This document shows positions 31,128-33,746 of a DNA stretch of 33,746 bases, one piece after another. The stretch lies in IMG/VR virus record IMGVR_UViG_3300038393_000187, positions 1 to 33,746 of that record, one strand, 5' to 3'. The first letter of the stretch is position 1; each line of letters starts with the position of its first letter. The position numbers and the translations under genes are program-made. The notes below the pieces were generated by a model. The model did no database searches and had not been told where the DNA came from. It saw nothing but the letters and a program-made list of their open reading frames with translations. This DNA is from a virus. Lineage: Duplodnaviria > Caudoviricetes.

Positions 31128-33746
31128 GACTACTACTTAAAGACCTAGAGGCTGGACAGCAGTACCGAGTTCAGGTTCGCTCTAATGATGGACAAGCAGT
31201 ATCACACTGGTCACCGCTATACAGCTTTACGACCATGGTTGACAACGTAGCGCCGAATGTGCCTACGTCATTTGCCGTTGTCCAGCAGGGAACGACAAGC
31301 ATCATCACATGGGTCAAGCCAACAACAAATACCGATGGCTCTACGCTAAAGGACTTCAGCCACTTCGAGGTTGAAGCTTACTCTGACGGTGTAACGAGCA
31401 TCTACCAAACAGGTATTGAGCGCTTTGAATTCCCATACGAATACAACGTAACAATCTTCGGGCAGTACAAGACGAACACGGGATTCCGTGTTCGTGCTGT
31501 TGACATGTCTGGAAACCCATCTGCATGGACGACTCGTACATTTGGTACCGACCTAGCACCAAGCCAGCCACAGGCACCAATCCTGATTAAGGATACGACT
31601 GACGCAACGCGCACTCGTCTCTTCGTCCGTCACAACCTAATGAAGCAGGACAACACTGGTCGTCTAGAGACTGACGTTAACCGAATCAAGATTTACTCCA
31701 CCAACACGGCTTCTAGCACACCAACCGTCGCAGGTTCCACATTGATTGGAACAATGATGGTTACTGGTAGTGACGTATTTGCCGTATCCGGAACAATGAC
31801 TTATGCAGATTGGTCAACGAAGCACTTCTTCGTTCAGGCTGTGGACATTGCTGGTAACCTTTCAGCGCCAAGCCCAACAGCGCCCGTTTCTGGAGCGAGC
31901 ACCGGGCTATTTGCAGATGTCGCAGTAATTGCAGTTGCATACATCGACTACCTTGAGGCAAACAAGATTAAGGCTGGTTCTGGTCTTATCGACAACATCA
32001 CTGTTAAGTCATCCTTGATTATGGGTGCTACACGTGATGGTGCTGCACCTTCCGATGCTGACGGTAATGCTGTTCCGATTACACAGACGGTTGCACGTTC
32101 TGCAAACTACAAATACGGTACTGACGGATGGATTATCCGTGGAGACGGATACGCCGAGTTCCGTAACTTGGCCGTCAACTCATTGAACATTGGAAAGTTC
32201 GACCAAGTAACTCAATCAGTTATGTCTACAAAGTTCGCTGACTTCATGGAGGATGCAGAGCTTTGGGGTCGTCACACGACAACTGGTAATGAGGAAGAGA
32301 CTGGAGGTGTTGCTTACGATTCAGCCGGGTCTTTCGTTGGAGAGACGAACGCAGACGGTGCATACTCCGCACGAGCAATGCTTGACCTCACAGGAAAGAC
32401 TTCCATTCGACGTAAGTCTGCCGGTCTGAACAGAGGAATCTCCTTTGAGCCTGGGCAGATTTACAAGATTACTGCCCGTCTCCGTCAGTTGACCGGACCT
32501 TTGATTAACGCTATTAACAACCCACAGTTCCGCAACGACACCACAAATGCAAATACTGGTGACGTTGCAAGTGATGGTGTTGCTAACTATTGGCGTCCAT
32601 ATTCAAGCATCTCAGCTACCAACAGCCTTGTAGCTGCATCCGGGCTATTCTCAACCGTTACCACAGCACAGCGAGGTAGCGGTACTGTTGCTGTCGGCGG
32701 ATACATTGGATACAGGGCTAACACCCCATTGGTAAATGCCGGGGTTCCAAATCAGAATGCCCTACCAGTTACACCAGGATTGACTTATGCACTGGGATTC
32801 TACGTCAAAGCAGCTACCCTTGTCGGTAGTGGAAATACTGCCGGGGCCGCAATTGAATGGTATGATTCTTCAGGTACATTGCTTAGCACTAGTACCGAGA
32901 GTGTATCACCAGTTAATGGTGTGGGATTTTGGGTTAATGTATCAACGTCTGCCGTAGCTCCAGCGGGTGCTGCCTTCGCTGCCCCAAGAATCAGGGCAAT
33001 TAGTAACAGTGCTGGTACGATGACGGTGGACTTTACTGCCGTTATCTTCACTCAGACCACCGGATTCCCAGGTTACTTTGATGGTTCATTTACAAACTGC
33101 GCATGGTCCGGTGACCCATATGCGTCTCCATCATACTCCACCGACACTACTAAGTATCGAGTTGGAGTATTGGGATTTGACGATGCCGGAAATCTATGTG
33201 CAGCAGACGGTTCTACATCTGCCGACCCAGCAATGCACTACATGGTTGCTGCCGATGGAACGACTGAACTTGCAGTCTTCGACGGAACGAACTCTCAGTC
33301 TGCCGGTTGGATTGAGGTATCTGGATACATCAAGGACCGTACAGATAGTACTACGCCTCCAGGTGCACACAATGACCCGTACCTTCCAGCCGGGGTTCAC
33401 AAGAATGTTCGATTCATCGTACCTTTCGTACAAATGAATTTGAATGACAACGGAACTGCAACAGATTACGTTGGTCAGTTGGACATGTTCTCTATCGAAT
33501 CATCCAATACTCTTGCTCCACTGGTATTGAAGACCGGTACTGCAAAGGGTATTACCATTCAGGATTTGCCGGGTGACGATTGGAGCCACGCCATCCGCTT
33601 GTATTCAGGAAATGATGACGAGAAGTATCCAGGTCTAATCACTGAGATTCAGGACGCAGACTTCAACCAGTCTCACACATTGTTGATTTCACCACCACAA
33701 ACAGTGCCGGGTGAAAGGACGAGTCTGAGCGACGGATACAGAATTC
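31124..33746 (+). CDS. Tail fibre / receptor-binding protein with FN3 repeats and a carbohydrate-binding-like domain; truncated by the window end (>870 aa)
   Basis: ATG 31124 gives MRLLLKDLEAGQQYRVQVRS..., RVRAVDMSGNPSAW, VQAVDIAGNLSAPS, GWIIRGDGYAEF and PVTPGLTY...IEWYDSSG. The frame was spot-checked as open to the end. Absent from the track because it has no stop. Confidence 0.85.
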   Translation, partial: MRLLLKDLEAGQQYRVQVRSNDGQAVSHWSPLYSFTTMVDNVAPNVPTSFAVVQQGTTSIITWVKPTTNTDGSTLKDFSHFEVEAYSDGVTSIYQTGIERFEFPYEYNVTIFGQYKTNTGFRVRAVDMSGNPSAWTTRTFGTDLAPSQPQAPILIKDTTDATRTRLFVRHNLMKQDNTGRLETDVNRIKIYSTNTASSTPTVAGSTLIGTMMVTGSDVFAVSGTMTYADWSTKHFFVQAVDIAGNLSAPSPTAPVSGASTGLFADVAVIAVAYIDYLEANKIKAGSGLIDNITVKSSLIMGATRDGAAPSDADGNAVPITQTVARSANYKYGTDGWIIRGDGYAEFRNLAVNSLNIGKFDQVTQSVMSTKFADFMEDAELWGRHTTTGNEEETGGVAYDSAGSFVGETNADGAYSARAMLDLTGKTSIRRKSAGLNRGISFEPGQIYKITARLRQLTGPLINAINNPQFRNDTTNANTGDVASDGVANYWRPYSSISATNSLVAASGLFSTVTTAQRGSGTVAVGGYIGYRANTPLVNAGVPNQNALPVTPGLTYALGFYVKAATLVGSGNTAGAAIEWYDSSGTLLSTSTESVSPVNGVGFWVNVSTSAVAPAGAAFAAPRIRAISNSAGTMTVDFTAVIFTQTTGFPGYFDGSFTNCAWSGDPYASPSYSTDTTKYRVGVLGFDDAGNLCAADGSTSADPAMHYMVAADGTTELAVFDGTNSQSAGWIEVSGYIKDRTDSTTPPGAHNDPYLPAGVHKNVRFIVPFVQMNLNDNGTATDYVGQLDMFSIESSNTLAPLVLKTGTAKGITIQDLPGDDWSHAIRLYSGNDDEKYPGLITEIQDADFNQSHTLLISPPQTVPGERTSLSDGYRI

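Noticed and set aside
1-33746. CRISPR array, tRNA genes, integrase/IS, or DGR template-variable repeat
   Set aside because: No regularly spaced repeats, cloverleafs, recombinase or RT ORFs were seen by eye. The 219-nt repeat differs at synonymous sites rather than specifically at adenines.

Overview
A 33.7 kb segment of a large lytic siphovirus-type phage infecting an actinobacterium. Gene content and order resemble Streptomyces cluster BE/BK-type phages; this is inferred from pattern recognition, not a database search. At the left end, a minus-strand gene encodes a secreted Rpf/lysozyme-like transglycosylase. A structured divergent intergenic region follows, then a GT-B glycosyltransferase, a class II ribonucleotide reductase (nrdJ), a small acidic protein and an amidase endolysin. 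The remainder is the virion module: LamG protein, portal, membrane protein, prohead protease/scaffold, major capsid, a fibre/LamG cassette, neck proteins, major tail, frameshifted tail chaperones, a ~2,130-aa tape measure with two C-terminal peptidoglycan hydrolase domains, baseplate genes and a truncated FN3 tail fibre. The most notable non-routine signals are: (i) a non-coding element at ~983-1125 in which a terminator loop is perfectly complementary to both an upstream 14-mer and a downstream 10-mer; (ii) a five-hairpin element after the endolysin; (iii) a graded set of translation-initiation modes, comprising leaderless genes, extended SD sites, an internal scaffold start, a probable ATA start for the tape measure and an SD-occluding hairpin on nrdJ; and (iv) NrdR-box-like palindromes upstream of the GT-nrdJ unit.
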